Below, in pieces: positions 12,513-24,922 of a stretch of 64,000 nt of DNA (the stretch's first letter is position 1; every line of letters begins with the position of its first letter). Made by a program: the position numbers and the translations under genes. The notes under the pieces were generated by a model, which had not been told where the DNA came from, did not search any database, and saw nothing but the letters and a program-made list of their open reading frames with translations. This stretch comes from Malacoraja senta. Lineage: Eukaryota. Location: assembly GCA_038087875.1 (NCBI GenBank), contig CM075991.1, positions 9,178,001 to 9,242,000 on the forward strand, in the 5' to 3' direction.

Positions 12513-12811
12513 ACCCCTTGTCCCACGATGCGAGTTTGCCCAAGAGCTCTCCCGAGTTTTAAAAAAAAATCAAACTCGTGGCAAGTGCGTAGAATGTACA
12601 TAGCGGGTACGTCGGAGCTCGTGGGCGTCTCCTAGCGGCTCGTCACGCTAACGGCAGGTACTCGGGAAACGCGGAAACTCGTGAAGTTTTTTCAACAGTG
12701 AGAAAAATTGCCAAGAGTAAAAAAAATACTCGTGATGAAGTACCACGAGTTTGATTTTTTTTTAAAACACGGGAGAGCTCTTGGGTGAACTCGCATCGTG
12801 GGACAGGGGCT
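12513..12811. mobile_element. PIF/Harbinger-type MITE, family A variant
   Basis: Long TIRs (~70 bp), TSD TAA/TAA. Confidence 0.8.
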
Positions 12812-13574
12812 TAACAAAAGCATGTTTTGGTAGCACAAGAAGCAGATTACTGAATCAGAATCCAAAAATGTGGGCTGAGGCTCTTGAGATATGAGTTTAT
12901 TTGCCATGGAGGTAATTAAGGGGTTGAAATTTAAGCAATTAAATATAATCATACAACACAGAAACAGGTCATTAGGCCCGCTGTATATGCAAACTATCAA
13001 GCTCCCATCTCTTCATGCCCTACACTAATCTCATTTCATTCACCACACATTAGACTTTAGAGATACAGCGCAGAAATAGACCCTACAGCGAGTGAGAGAA
13101 ATCCGGAACAAGGTACAGAATATCTGATGTAAATGGGTACCTCTCTCATGAAAGTGATCTTTGTGGGATTTTCACAGACGACACAAACAAAACAAACACA
13201 GCAAGGAGCAGGACCACCTTCACCAGTGTGGAGTGTGGGAGGAGACTGGAGCACCCAGAGAAACCACGACACGGTCACAGGGAGAACGTGCAAACACCAC
13301 ACAGACAGCGCCCGCAGTCAGGATAGAACCTGGGTCTCCCCAGATTCTACCACAAGCTACGCATTCGGGACAGTTTACGGCAGTCAATTAACTTGCCAAC
13401 CTGCATGTTTTGTGGGATGTGGGAGGAAACGGGAGCACCTGAGTCTGGGAAACTCACAGAGTCACAGAGAGAACACGAAAAGTCCACACAGGCACCGCCT
13501 GAGGTCAGTATTGAACACACATCGCAGGAGGCGTGAGGCATCAGCTTCAACAGCTGCACCACTAACAAGTCTGC

Positions 13575-13943
13575 AGTTAAGGGCTTGGACACGCTAGTGG
13601 CAGGAAACATGTTCCCGATGTTGGGGGAGTCCTGAACCAGGGGCCACACACAGTTTAAGAATAAGGAGTAAGCCATTTAGAACGGAGACGAGGAAACACT
13701 TTTTTTCGCAGAGAGTGGTGAGTCTGTGGAATTCTCTGCCTCAGAGGGCGGTGGAGGCCGGATCTCTGGATACTTTCAAGAGAGAGCTAGATAGGGCTGT
13801 TAAAAATAGCAGAGTCAGGGGATATGGGGAGAAGGCAGGAACGGGGTACTGATTGGGGATGATCAGCCATGATCACATTGAATGGCGGAGCTGGCTCGAA
13901 CGGCTGAATGGCCTACTCCTGCACCTATTGTCTATTGTCTATT
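13575..13943 (+). mobile_element. CR1-clade LINE 3' fragment
   Basis: Same subfamily as 2628-3012; (ATTGTCT)n tail. Confidence 0.85.
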
Positions 13944-14082
13944 TTCTCACGAAGTTGGCATCTGTAATGGTGACTATGAAACTTTGGCACTCTAGGGGTT
14001 ATTTATGTGTGATTTATGTGATTCTTGTGTGTTCGCGCCCATGATGCTTCTTTTTTTTAAATTTTTAACTTGAGATATTTTA

Positions 14083-14085
14083 ATT

Positions 14086-14118
<33 letters not shown>

Positions 14119-15325
14119 ATTTTATTAGAAGTAAGTACAGTAATGTGGCACCAAGGTGCCTAATATATATTGACATGTTACATTTTATGAACAGCTTCAT
14201 TTTTTTATTTTCCCCTTAACAATAAAAGAGAAAAAGGAAGAATCGGTAATAAAAAGATAGAAAAGCATGTGATGTCCAGATGTGTGAAAAGGAAAAGGGA
14301 GGAAAGAGGGGAAGAAAAAAAAAGAAGAGAGAAAAAGAGGAAGTAGAGAGTAAGAGATTGTAGGAGATAGTTAAAGGCCTGTCTCACGAGTCTGCGGTCA
14401 TTGGCGGTGATACAGGAAGTATCTACCGCTCGTGGACCGCCAGAGACCGCGGGTTCGGTCAAACGCACACCGCCGGCGCCGTGCGGCGTTGGTCCCAACA
14501 CCGCACGGTGCTCAAAAAAAGTCAGCAATGTCCAAAAATTATTTCTTACCGCACAGCCGCCGCCAGTGAGGCACGAGTGCGGCACGGTCACCGCCACAGC
14601 CGCCGCCAGTGAGGCACGAGCGCCGTGAGTCGAACTCTCACTGCCACAGCCTCCGCCAGTGAGGCACGTGTGCGGCACGGGCGCCACCACAGTCCCGCGA
14701 TCAGCACTACCGCCGCCACAGCCCCGCTTGTCTTTTATGAAGCAAATTTCTATAACACCGCAAGCTCGTGGGACCGGCCGTACTGAGATCACTCGGCCCC
14801 CGCGCAGCATCCGTGCGGCGTAGGCTCGGCGCTCTCGCGGTTGACGTGCGGTCCCCTCTTCCGGCGACGCCGCGCTTCACCGCCAATGACCGCAACACCG
14901 TGAGACAGAGCCTTTATTTATATTCTTGACCATCCTTCACCCAGTCCTGAAACAGTTGGTTTCTACGATTTTGTTGCACCATATGCTTCCAAGAAATCGA
15001 TAAATGGAGACCAACTCGTTATGAATTGGTCTGTTTTGTCTGTTAGGAGGAATCGCATTTCTTCAAGATGTGCGGTTTCCAACATGTTTGAAATCCACAT
15101 TTTAAGCGTTGGTATGGGTGTATTTTTCCAAAATTTAAGTATACTTTTTTGCCTTTATTAACGCATAATTTAAAAATGAATTTTGAAATGTGTTCAGGTT
15201 GTTCCCGTCTTCCATTACTCCAAATATAATCATTTCAGTGTTAGGCTCCATTTTTATCTTGAATAATTTTGTAAATATTTCAAAGATGTTCCTCCAGAAT
15301 TTATGAAGTTTTATGATGCTTCTGC
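14083..15325 (-). mobile_element. L1-clade LINE 3' end interrupted by a MITE
   Basis: T-rich tail (poly-A on the minus strand) with TTTATT; ORF 15135-15356 (KFWRNIFEIF..IIFG..ALIKAKK) resembles the L1 ORF2 C-terminus. Confidence 0.75.
14375..14913. mobile_element. PIF/Harbinger-type MITE, family C (GC-rich)
   Basis: TIRs AGGCCTGTCTCACG..TGCGGTCATTGGCGG, internal GCCGCCAGTGAGGCACG repeats, TWA flanks. A second copy lies at 60908. Confidence 0.8.
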
Positions 15326-15667
15326 AAGTAAGATATTTATTGCCTCTGTACCACACTATCCTTGTGCACGTGATACCAAACCAGACTGCACTTGAGTTGA
15401 TTTTACTTGACTACGGTTAGGGATACAAACAGTTTCATTTGCTTTCTTATGATCTAATAATCCCCTCTCAACGCTATGCTTTTCTTACACCAACCCTCTG
15501 CCTTGACTGAATACTAATATCAGATTTCAATGACACTTTCGTTTCATTATTCAGACAGAGACATAAATTCACCCATCAGCCTATTATTGTGGCTTGTTGT
15601 GAATTTCCATCACATTTCAAATATTCCTCATGTGAAAACATAGAGCATAGAACAGTACAGCACTGGA

Positions 15668-16443
15668 ATAGAAACAAAGAAAATAGGTGCAGGTGTAGGC
15701 CATTCGGCCCTTCGAGCCATGGCTGATCATCCAGAATCAGTACCCCGTTCCTGCTTTCTCACCATATCCCTTGATTCCGTTAGCCCTAAGAGCTAAATCT
15801 AAAGCCCCTGTCCCATGGTACGAGGTAATTCAAGAGTTCTCCCGAGATTTCCCCTGATTCGAACTCGGAGAATGTCCGTAGGAGTTCGTGGATGTCTCGT
15901 AGCGGCTCGTACGAGTAAAAAGTAACAATATTTTTCATCACACGTATTTATTTACTCGTGGACATTTTTTACAGTGTTGAAAAAACGTCACGAGTTTACC
16001 GGATTTCCCGAGTACCTTCCGTTACTCGTATGAGCCGCGACGAGACATCCACGAGCTCCTACGGACCCGCTAGGGACATTCTCCGAGTTCGAATCAGGGG
16101 AAAACACGGGAGAACCCTTGAGTTACCTCGTACAGTGGGACAGGCCCTTAAGTCTCTCTTGAAAACATCCAGTAAATTGGCCCTCCAGTGCCTTATGTGG
16201 CAGAGAATTCCACAGATTCACAACTCTCTGGGTGAAAATGTTTTTCCTCATCTCAGTCCTAAATGGCCTACCGCTTATTCTTAAACTGTGACCCCTGGTT
16301 CTGGACTCCCCCAATATCGGGAACATTTTTCCTGAATCAAGTCTGTCCAATCCTTTAGGAATTTTATATGTTTCTATAAGATTCCCTCTCATCCTTCGAA
16401 ATTCCAGTGAATACAAGCCCAGTTGACCCATTCTTTCATCATA
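15668..16443 (-). mobile_element. CR1-clade LINE 3' fragment interrupted by a MITE
   Basis: ORF 16123-16533 encodes a CR1 ORF2 C-terminal region. Confidence 0.85.
15803..16148. mobile_element. PIF/Harbinger-type MITE, family A variant
   Basis: TIRs CCTGTCCCA..GTACGAGGTAA, TSD TAA/TAA; the empty site can be reconstructed from other CR1 copies. Confidence 0.8.
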
Positions 16444-16733
16444 TAAGTAAGTAAGTAAGTAAGTAAGTTTATTGGCCAAGTATTCACATACAAGGAATTT
16501 GCCTTGGTGCTCCACAATATGATGACATATCAATATGATATGTCATCATATTGTTGCCCTTTGGCTTACAATAATGCCTCGTTAAACTGATCTCTTAAAT
16601 GCCACTTAAATGCCACTATCGTATCTGCCTCCACCACCACCCCCAGCAATATATTCCAGCCCCCACGACACTCTGTTAAAAAAAAATCTTGCTCCACACA
16701 TCCGCATTAAACTTTCCCTCCTCTCACCTTATA

Positions 16734-17519
16734 CAGTCCCCTCCATAATATTTGGGGCAAAGACCCATCATTTATTTATTTGCCTCTGTACTCCACAATT
16801 TGAGATTTGTAATAGAAAAAAATCACATGTGGTTAAAGTGCACATTGTCAGAATTTATTAAAGGGTATTTTTATACATTTTGGTTTCACCATGTAGAAAT
16901 TACAGCTGTGTTTATACATAGTCCCCCCATTTCAGGGCACCATAATGCCTCAAAACTCATTGTCGGCGGTTCATTCTACAGCAAGGCAGTGATCCCAAAC
17001 ATACTGCTGAAGCAACAAAGCTAAAAAATGATCAATTCTTGAGTGGCCAAGTCAATCACCCGATCTGAACCCAATTGAGCATGCCTTTTATATGCTGAAG
17101 AGAAAACAGAAGGGGATTAGCCCCCAAAACAAGCATAAGCTAAAGATGGCTGCAATACAGGCCTGGCAGAGCATCACCAGAGAAGACACCCAGCAACTGG
17201 TGGTCCATGAATCGCAGGCTTCAAGCAGTCATTGCATGCAAAGGATATGCAACAAAATACTAAACATGACCACTTTCATTTACATGACATTGCTGTGTCC
17301 AAAACATTATGGTGCCCTGAAATGGGGGGACTATGTATAAACACTGCTGTAATTTCTCCATGGTGAAACCAAAATGTGTAAAAATGGCCTTTAACAAAAT
17401 CTGACAATATGCACTTTAACCACATGTGATTTTTTTTCTATAACAAATCTCAAATTGTGGAGTACAGAGGCAAATCACTAAATGATGAGTCTTGGTCCCA
17501 AATATTATGGAGGGCACTG
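16734..17519 (+). mobile_element. Internally deleted Tc1 transposon (IR/DR type) with a transposase remnant
   Basis: TA TSD, CAGT..ACTG ends, ~210-bp TIRs; the interior encodes QQGSDPKHT and WPSQSPDLNPIEH (Tc1 DD34E region). Confidence 0.92.
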
Positions 17520-18384
17520 TAGCTATGCCATCTAGTGTCGGACATTTCCTTCCTGGGAAGAAGGTCTCAGCTGCAAGGAGAGGTTGGACAATCTTGGATT
17601 GTTTTCTCTAGAATCCAGAGGTTGAGGGGAGACCTGATGGAAGTAGATAGAAATATATAGAAATAAAAGATGCATAGATTCGGATAGACAGTCAGAACCT
17701 TTTTCCCTGGGTGGAAATGTCAAAGATTAGCGGGCGTGGATTTAAGGTCAGAGGGGGGAAGTTTTCATGGAGATTTGAAGGGAGCAAGTTGTTTTACAGA
17801 AAGGATAGCGTGTATCTGGAATGTGTTGCCAGTGTTGGCGTTACAGGCAGATACAATTGTGGCATTTACGAGGCTTTTTGGAGAGGCAGATGATATGTCG
17901 AGAATAGAGGGGATATGGTTTGACATAGGCAGATGACATTAGTTTATCCGGGCATTATGTTCAACCAAGATATTGAGGGCTGAAGGGCTTGTTGCTATGC
18001 TGTTCGTTTCTCGGTTCTACCTTATTTGAAAAGACTGGCACAGGCAGGCACAATCTCAACTGCAAAACTGCACCTACAGACAGAGTCAGCCCTCGCTCTT
18101 ACGGGTAAAGTGCATAGCAGGTTAATTAGCTTCTGTAACTGTAAGGTGTCTCCAGTGTTGATGCATGGCAGGAGAATAAGGGGGGGGAAGTTAATGGGGT
18201 TATGCAAGGGAACAGTTTACAAGGAGGTAAGGGGTGGGGATGGGATTCAGAGTTGGCATAGATCTCAAGGGTTGATGTCCTTTGGGTCTATGCCAGCGGA
18301 ATTTCCTGCCATGTCCTGCAGAATTATTTTTTTTAAATTGGAAAATCGTGTAGTTCACCACTCAATTCCTTTATTGATACGAGG

Positions 18385-18838
18385 GTGTTGACAGGACTCG
18401 AGGGCCTGAGCTACAGGGATAGGATGACAGTCTAGGACTCTGTTCCTTGGAGCGCAGGAGGATGAGGGGTGATCTTTTAGAGGTGTACAAATCAACGAGA
18501 GGAATAGATCGGAAGAAACTCACAGGGTCTCTTGCCCAGAGTTGGAGAATCGAGAACCACAGGACATAGGTTGAAGGTGAAGGGGAAAAGATTTAACCTG
18601 AGGGGTATCCTTGTCACACAAAGGGTGTTGGGCGCATGGAACGAGCTGCTGGAGGAGGTAGTTGAGGCAGGTAGTATCACAAAGTTTAAGAAACATTTAG
18701 ACAGGTATATGAATTGGGCAGGTTTAGAGGAATATGGGCCAAACGTAGGTGGGACTAGTGTAGATGGTACATGTTGGCCGGTGTGGACAAGTTGGGGCAA
18801 AGGGCTGGTTTGCACGCTGTAAGACTCTATGACTCTAT
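18385..18838 (+). mobile_element. CR1-clade LINE 3' fragment, second subfamily (GYGPN..-type end)
   Basis: ORF 18532-18822; (GACTCTAT)n tail. Confidence 0.85.
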
Positions 18839-18944
18839 GTTAGTAAAAAAGAAAAGAGTCCATTTCAAATGAAAATAAAAGTACTGTGTCTGTGGAGGCT
18901 TGGCTGCAGAGAAAGCTGATCAACCAATCAATTAATCAACGACT

Positions 18945-20160
18945 TTATTATCATTCAGAAATACACCAATAAATGCAAGTCTGAACGAAATGTCGTTGCA
19001 TCTGGCTCACCGTGCAACATAAAATAACAAAAGGATAAAATAGATAAAAAGATAAAATGGATAAAAAGATAAAATAGATAATGGTGGCGGCACATTGTAT
19101 GGAATTCAAGAGTCTGATGGCTCGGGGGAAGAAGCTGTTGCAAAACCTGGCCGTTCTGCTCCTTATACTACGATATCTTTTGCCCGAGGGCAGCAGAGTG
19201 AACAGTCCATTATGGAGATGTGTGGGGTCCTTTATAATACTGTTGGCCTTGGACAAGCAACGTTTGCACGCAATGTCCCAGATTGAATTTCATCGCAAAA
19301 GGATTTGAGTATAGGAGCAGGGAGGTTCTACTGCAGTTGTACAGGGTCTTGGTGAGACCACACCTGGAGTATTGCGTACAGTTTTGGTCTCCTAATCTGA
19401 GGAAGGACATTCTTGCCATAGAGGGAGTACAGAGAAGGTTCACCAGACTGATTCCTGGGATGTCAGGACTTTCATATGAAGAAAGACTGGATAGACTCGG
19501 CTTGTACTCGGTAGAATTTAGAAGATTGAGGGGGGATCTTATAGAAACTTACAATATTCTTAAGGGGTTGGACAGGCTAGATGCAGGAAGATTGTTCCCG
19601 ATGTTGGGGAAGTCCAGAACAAGGGGTCACAGTTTAAGGATAAAGGTGAAATTTTTTAGGGACTGAGATGAGAAAAACATTTTTTACACAGAGAGTGGTG
19701 AATCTCTGGAATTCTCTGCCACAGAATGTAGTTGAGGCCAGTTTATTGGCTATATTTAAGAGGGAGTTAGATGTGGCCCTTGTGGCTAAAGGGATCAGGG
19801 GGTATGGAGAGAAGGCAGGTACAGGATACTGAGTTGGATGATCAGCCATGATCATATTGAATGGCGGTGCAGGCTCGAAGGGCCGAATGGCCTACTCCTG
19901 CACCTAATTTTCTATGTTTCTATGTTTCTATGAAGGAAGAGGTCCCGATGATTTTTTCAGCCGTCCTCACCACTCTCTGCACGGACATCCAGCCGGAGGC
20001 TTTGCAGTCCCCAAACCAGACAGAGATGCAGCTGGTCAAAATGTTCTCTATGGTTCCCCTGTAGAAAGTGGTGAGGACGGGATGGGGGAGGTGAGCTCTT
20101 CTCATCCGGCGCAGAAAGTGCAACCGCTGCTGCGCTCTCTTAACTGGTGCACCACAGTTA
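18945..20160 (-). mobile_element. Rex1/Babar-clade LINE 3' part split by a CR1 insertion
   Basis: ORFs 19920-20201 (KRAQQRLHFLRR..FYRGTIENILT) and 18951-19256 (LLPSGKRYRS..NSFFPRAIRLLN) are consecutive parts of a Rex1/Babar ORF. Confidence 0.85.
19283..19931 (+). mobile_element. Young CR1-clade LINE 3' fragment
   Basis: Very similar to 30168-31140; (TATGTTTC)n tail. Confidence 0.9.
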
Positions 20161-20620
20161 GATCTGAAAGCTGTCAGCCCATGACACTTGGCAAATTGCA
20201 CTTGTCTTTCTTATAAAACACTGCCAGGCCAACACTCTTCTCCCTCCCACCATCGGGAAGAGATAAGGTTGCCCCCATAATTCTGCAATGAGAACTGCAA
20301 TCCTTTCTAAGTGGTTCTTAAAAAGCTTTTACCATGCATCGAAGCAGGGTGCATCAATAACATAAAATAGGACAAGCCACTTGCTTTTCTCGTTCAATTG
20401 GGATGGCAGCCAGGACTTAAGTAATTGTAAAATGGTTTTAATTGATTTGAACACTGCACATGTGGAGGAATCAGCACAGACTATTGAGATTAAAATCTCA
20501 GAACGGGTCGCTCACCTTTGCAACACTTGGAAAGCCAGCTCAAGCAATATCTTCTCGACCCAAAATGCATCTTCTCGACCCTTCTCGAGCCAGCTCCTCA
20601 TTCACATCAACCCACGGCTC

Positions 20621-21016
20621 GTGTAGGAAGGAACTACAGATGCTGGTTTCAACCGACGACAGACAGAACAATTGCTGGAGTAGCTGGACAGCGGGACAGG
20701 CAGCATCTCTGGAGAGAAGGAATGGGTGACGTTTCGGGTCGAGACCCTTTCCTTCAGACTGAAAGTCACGGGGATATAGACGACGATGTAGAGAGATAAA
20801 GAACAAATGAATGAAAGATATGCAAAAAAAAGTAACGGTAAAGGAAACAGGCCATTATAGAGTTTTAAATTGTATGAGAGAAGTCGCTGAAGAGGAGTCT
20901 CGACCGAAACGTCACCCATTCCTTCTCTCCAGAAATGCTGCCTGTTCCGTTGAGTTACTCCAGCATTTTGTGTCAATCTTCGGTTGAAACCAGCATCTGC
21001 AGTTCCTTCCTACACA
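20621..21016. mobile_element. Penelope-derived repeat, long inverted pair
   Basis: GTGTAGGAAGGAACT.. at the left end and ..AGTTCCTTCCTACAC at the right end; opposed arms of about 130 bp. Confidence 0.75.
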
Positions 21017-21114
21017 TGATAAAAAATGTAATTGGTTTCGGGTCATGGTGCTGCATAAAGCATTGCTATTGAAGCTCTGGGGTCTTCACACAGTACCATC
21101 TCAGTCAGTCAATA

Positions 21115-21298
21115 GTCAATAGGTGCAGGAGTAGGCCATTCGGCCCTTCGAGCCAGCACCGCCGTTCAATGTGATCATGGCTGATCATCCCCAATCAGTA
21201 CCCCGTTCCTGCCTTCTCCTCATATCCCCTGACTCCGCTATTTTTAAGAGCCCTATCTAGCTCTCTCTTGAAAGCATCCAGGGAACCTGCCTCCACCG
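21115..21298 (-). mobile_element. CR1-clade LINE 3' fragment
   Basis: Near-identical to 4668-4850. Confidence 0.85.
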
Positions 21299-21513
21299 CA
21301 CAGTCGGTGAGGTTGGGGAATAGACATAATGGCAGGGCTTGTAAGCTCTTTTAAACAGTGCACTACAGCAAGTGTTATAGGGTCCATTCAAAAAGGACAG
21401 CAGTGTAAATGGACCTCAGATTCTATTTTCAAACTGACAAGCCTAAAAAGTCTACAGAGTCTATTTAAACTGCAGCTAAGCATAGTCTATTTAAAAATAC
21501 AACAATCTGTAAT

Positions 21514-21676
21514 CTCAGCGGGTAAGGCAGCATCTATGGAGCGAAGGAAATAGGCAACGTTTCGGGACGAAACGTTGCCTATTTCCTTCGCTCCATAGAT
21601 GCTGCTTCACCCGCTGAGTTTCACCAGCATTTTTGTCTACCTTCGATTTTCCAGCATCTGCAGTTCCTTCTTAAAC
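21514..21676. mobile_element. Penelope-derived short repeat, foldback pair
   Basis: Nearly perfect palindrome centred on CGTTTCG-GGA-CGAAACG. Confidence 0.75.
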
Positions 21677-22530
21677 AAACTGCAAGGTCTATTAAAACTG
21701 CACTGCTACAAATAATTGGGTCTGTTTAAACAACACATTGGACTTGGACTTGGACAGGTACATGGACAGGAAAGGGATATGACCCACAAACTGTGGAAGC
21801 CAAGACATTGGGTATTTTTAAAGTGGAAATTGTTAGGTTCTTGATTAGTAAGGGGGTCAAAGGTTACGGGGAAAAGGCAGGAGAATGGGGTTGGGAGATT
21901 AGTTTATTGTCACGTGTAATGCGGTTTCAGTGAAAAGCTTTTTGTCGTGAATGGCGGAGTAGACCCGATGGGCTGAATAGCTTAATTCTGCTCCCGTGTC
22001 TTCTAGTCTTATGGACTAGTTAAGTTGGGCACCTTGGTCGGTAGCTCGGTACGTTACAGTGTCGGGGCAAAGGGCGTATTGCCGGGTTGTATGATTCTCG
22101 AGCAGCAGAATGTGAACACTATTTAGATGCACACAGCTACAGCAGACAGAATGCATTACCAAATCCACCACAATGCGTCCCCCGGGTGAGTTCTCAGTAA
22201 AGTGGAAAGAGTGAAAGGTAGTTAAGTCGTCCATTTAGCTCTTTGAGCTTCGTCTGTCATTGAATTGGATCCTTGGTGATCAGCATCTCAACAGACATGC
22301 TGCGTTGGTTCTGCGTGTCTAAGGAATGGCACAGCTGGTAGTCCTGCTGCCTGACAGCTCCAGAGACCTGGATCCAATCCTGACCTCGGGGGTGCTGTCG
22401 GTGTGGAAAGAGCACAAGTGTGGAACCTCATAAAAACCGTTGGCACAAGTACGATTGCCCAAATGGCCTCATCGTTTGCCTTGACATCGTACGATGGACA
22501 TTGGTGAACATTGGCTTTGTCACATGGGGC

Positions 22531-22810
22531 CGGCACGGTGGTGCAGCGGTAGAGTCACTGCCCTACAGCGCCAGAGAACCCGGGTTCGATCCTGACGAAG
22601 GGTGAGGTCTATGGAGTGTGAGGTTTGTATGTTCTCCCTGTGACTGAGTAGGTTTCCCAACACATTCCAAAGACGTGCAGGTTTGTAGGTGAATTGGCTT
22701 CTGTAAATTGTCCCTAGCGTGCAGGATGGAGCAGGTAATCGCTAGTCACCGCACGCTCGGATGGCCGAATAGCTTATTTCCACACAGTATCGCTAATCTA
22801 AACCAAACTA
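22531..22810 (+). mobile_element. V-SINE (HE1-like)
   Basis: tRNA head, V-domain and tail. Confidence 0.8.
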
Positions 22811-22844
22811 GTAGGACTTACCTGGACTTTTTACATTGTCTTCA

Positions 22845-23087
22845 CATCTGGACGCCCGCAGCGACGGCTGCGGAGGGTTGAGGTCCCGACCACGGGGGAA
22901 TATGGAGGAGGACTGGCCAAATTTTATGCCTTCCACCACATGCTGAATGCTGTGGTGGATGTTAGTGTTACATTTTTTGTGTTACAGTTTTTGTGTGTTC
23001 TTTATCATTGTACCGCTGCTGGCAAATTCATTTCACTTGCACTTGATGTGCAATGTGGCGAATAAAACTGATTGTATTGTATTGTGT
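22845..23087 (+). mobile_element. Non-autonomous retroposon 3' part with (ATTGT)n tail
   Basis: Core shared with 855-1620; AATAAA followed by a microsatellite tail. Confidence 0.5.
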
Positions 23088-23473
23088 TGTAACTAAACCG
23101 ATAAGGCTCCCAGGACGTTTGTCCAGCAGAGTTATTCATTGCTACAGACGTCTGTGGAGGCCACAAGTCAATGGATATTTTTCAATGGAGATTAACAGGT
23201 TCTTGATTACTAAGGGAGTCAGAGGTTATGGGGAGAAGGCTGTTAAGAGGGGAAAATGGTTCAGCCATGATTGAATGGTGGAGTAGACTTGATTGGCCAA
23301 ATGGCCTGATTTTGCTACTGGAACTGATGAACATAATGAAGCACAATCCAAGATAGATTTAGACAATGGGAGATAGTAGACATAATCAGATGCCGAGATG
23401 CTAAGCCTGTCTTTTGCTTTATGGATGATAATCCCGGCCACAGTTGGTCCATAAATCATCACTGGCTATTGGA

Positions 23474-23793
23474 GTCATAGAGTCATATACAGCATGGTAA
23501 TAGGCTCTTTGGCCCAACTTGCCCAAACTGGCCAACATGTTCCAGCTACACTAGTCCCACCTGCCCGCATTTGGCCCATATCCTTCCAAACCTGTCCCAT
23601 CCGTGTACCTATCTAACTGTTTCCTAAACGTTGGGATAGTCCCAGCCTCAACTACCTCCTCTGGCAGCTCGTTCCACACACCCACCACCCTTTGTGCGAA
23701 AAAGTTATGCCTCAGATTCCTATTAAATCGTTTCCCCTTCACCTTAAACCTATGTTCTCTTGTCCTCGATTCACATACTCTGGGCAAGAGACT
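23474..23793 (-). mobile_element. CR1-clade LINE 3' fragment (GYGPNAGRWD subfamily)
   Basis: ORF 23551-23823. Confidence 0.85.
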
Positions 23794-24162
23794 GTAATGA
23801 CAGAATTGTGTAACGACAGACATCGGAACGGCTTTAAGTCTGCAGTATGTCTGTGAGCTGCATGAACAGCAAGGGTCTTTAGTTGTGGGATGTGGGAAGA
23901 CTTATCCAATTGTCACTATTCCTGCAGGAACAATAAATAACGTGGGTTCTTTTCCAGCAATCCATCTCCGTGGCCAATTACCAGATACATCTGTGGGAGC
24001 AGAAGGAATTGTCCTCAGGGATCCACGGGCCAGGAAAAGAGAAATAAAAGAGTCAGCGCTAGCCTATTCCTGCTTGCATTGGAAGATTAGCCACCTGCAT
24101 GTGTTTGGGGAATGAGGACAGTGCAAGCAGCAAGAGAGAATTCATGCCTGCCTGCCAATATC

Positions 24163-24400
24163 CTGCCTTCATCAGTCAGAGTATTGAGTATAGAAGTTCT
24201 GAGGTCATGTTGCAGTTGTATAAGACGTTGGTGAGACCACATTCAGAGCATTGTGTTCCGTTCTGGGCACCATGTTATGGGGAAGATATTGTCAAGCTTG
24301 AAAGGGTTCAGAGAAGATTTACGAGGATGTTGCCAGGACTACAGGGTCCGAGCTATATGGAGAGATTGAATAGGCTGTTGGAGCATAGGAGGATGAGAGG
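24163..24400 (+). mobile_element. CR1-clade LINE fragment
   Basis: LQLYKTLVRPHSEHCVPFWAP..LERVQRRFTRMLPG. Confidence 0.85.
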
Positions 24401-24922
24401 TGACCCGATTTTTTGTAATCCGGATTTTAAAACCCGGTGAAATCTCCGCTCTCCGCGAGACAGTGGGGGTGGGACTGCTGATCGAGGGCGCCGATTGGAC
24501 AAGTGGGACGTCGGTCAGCAGGCAATGGGGGCGCCACAGGCCTGCGCCTCATCCACAGCCAGGATCGATCCCGGCTCTCCGGCGCTGTCCCGTCCCCACC
24601 CGAGTGTCCCCCAGGCCCACAGCCAGCGCAGAGAAGCAGCGCAAAACCCAGCTCACCTCTGCCTGTCCCGCCAGGTTAACCTACAGCCCTGCCTGGACTT
24701 GCGGGAAATATGGCCCAGGTTTACAGCCAGCGCGGAGACGCAGCGCTGGTGTCCCGTCAGTCCAGGCAGGGCTGGAGGTTAACCCGGCGAGACAGGCAGA
24801 GTTGAGCTGCATTTAGCGCTGGACTGAGCCTCCGAAGCCTCGCGTGTGTGTGTGTGAGTGTGCGCCGGTCCCCGGTTCTGTTCCCTGGTCCCCTCCATAT
24901 TTTGACAGCGATTTCCGTGCCT
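24401..24922. mobile_element. GC-rich insert, probable DNA-transposon fragment
   Basis: An abrupt GC-rich block joins a CR1 piece to a SINE head. The right end reads CAGGCACGGAAATCGC on the minus strand (hAT-like terminus); no matching left TIR was seen. Confidence 0.35.

Noticed and set aside
14205..14810. 201-aa ORF / CpG-island promoter
   Set aside because: It lies across a GC-rich MITE and an L1 3' UTR; the open frame is explained by base composition.
22100..22192. Possible exon ending at CGG/GTGAGT
   Set aside because: No good upstream acceptor and no recognisable peptide.
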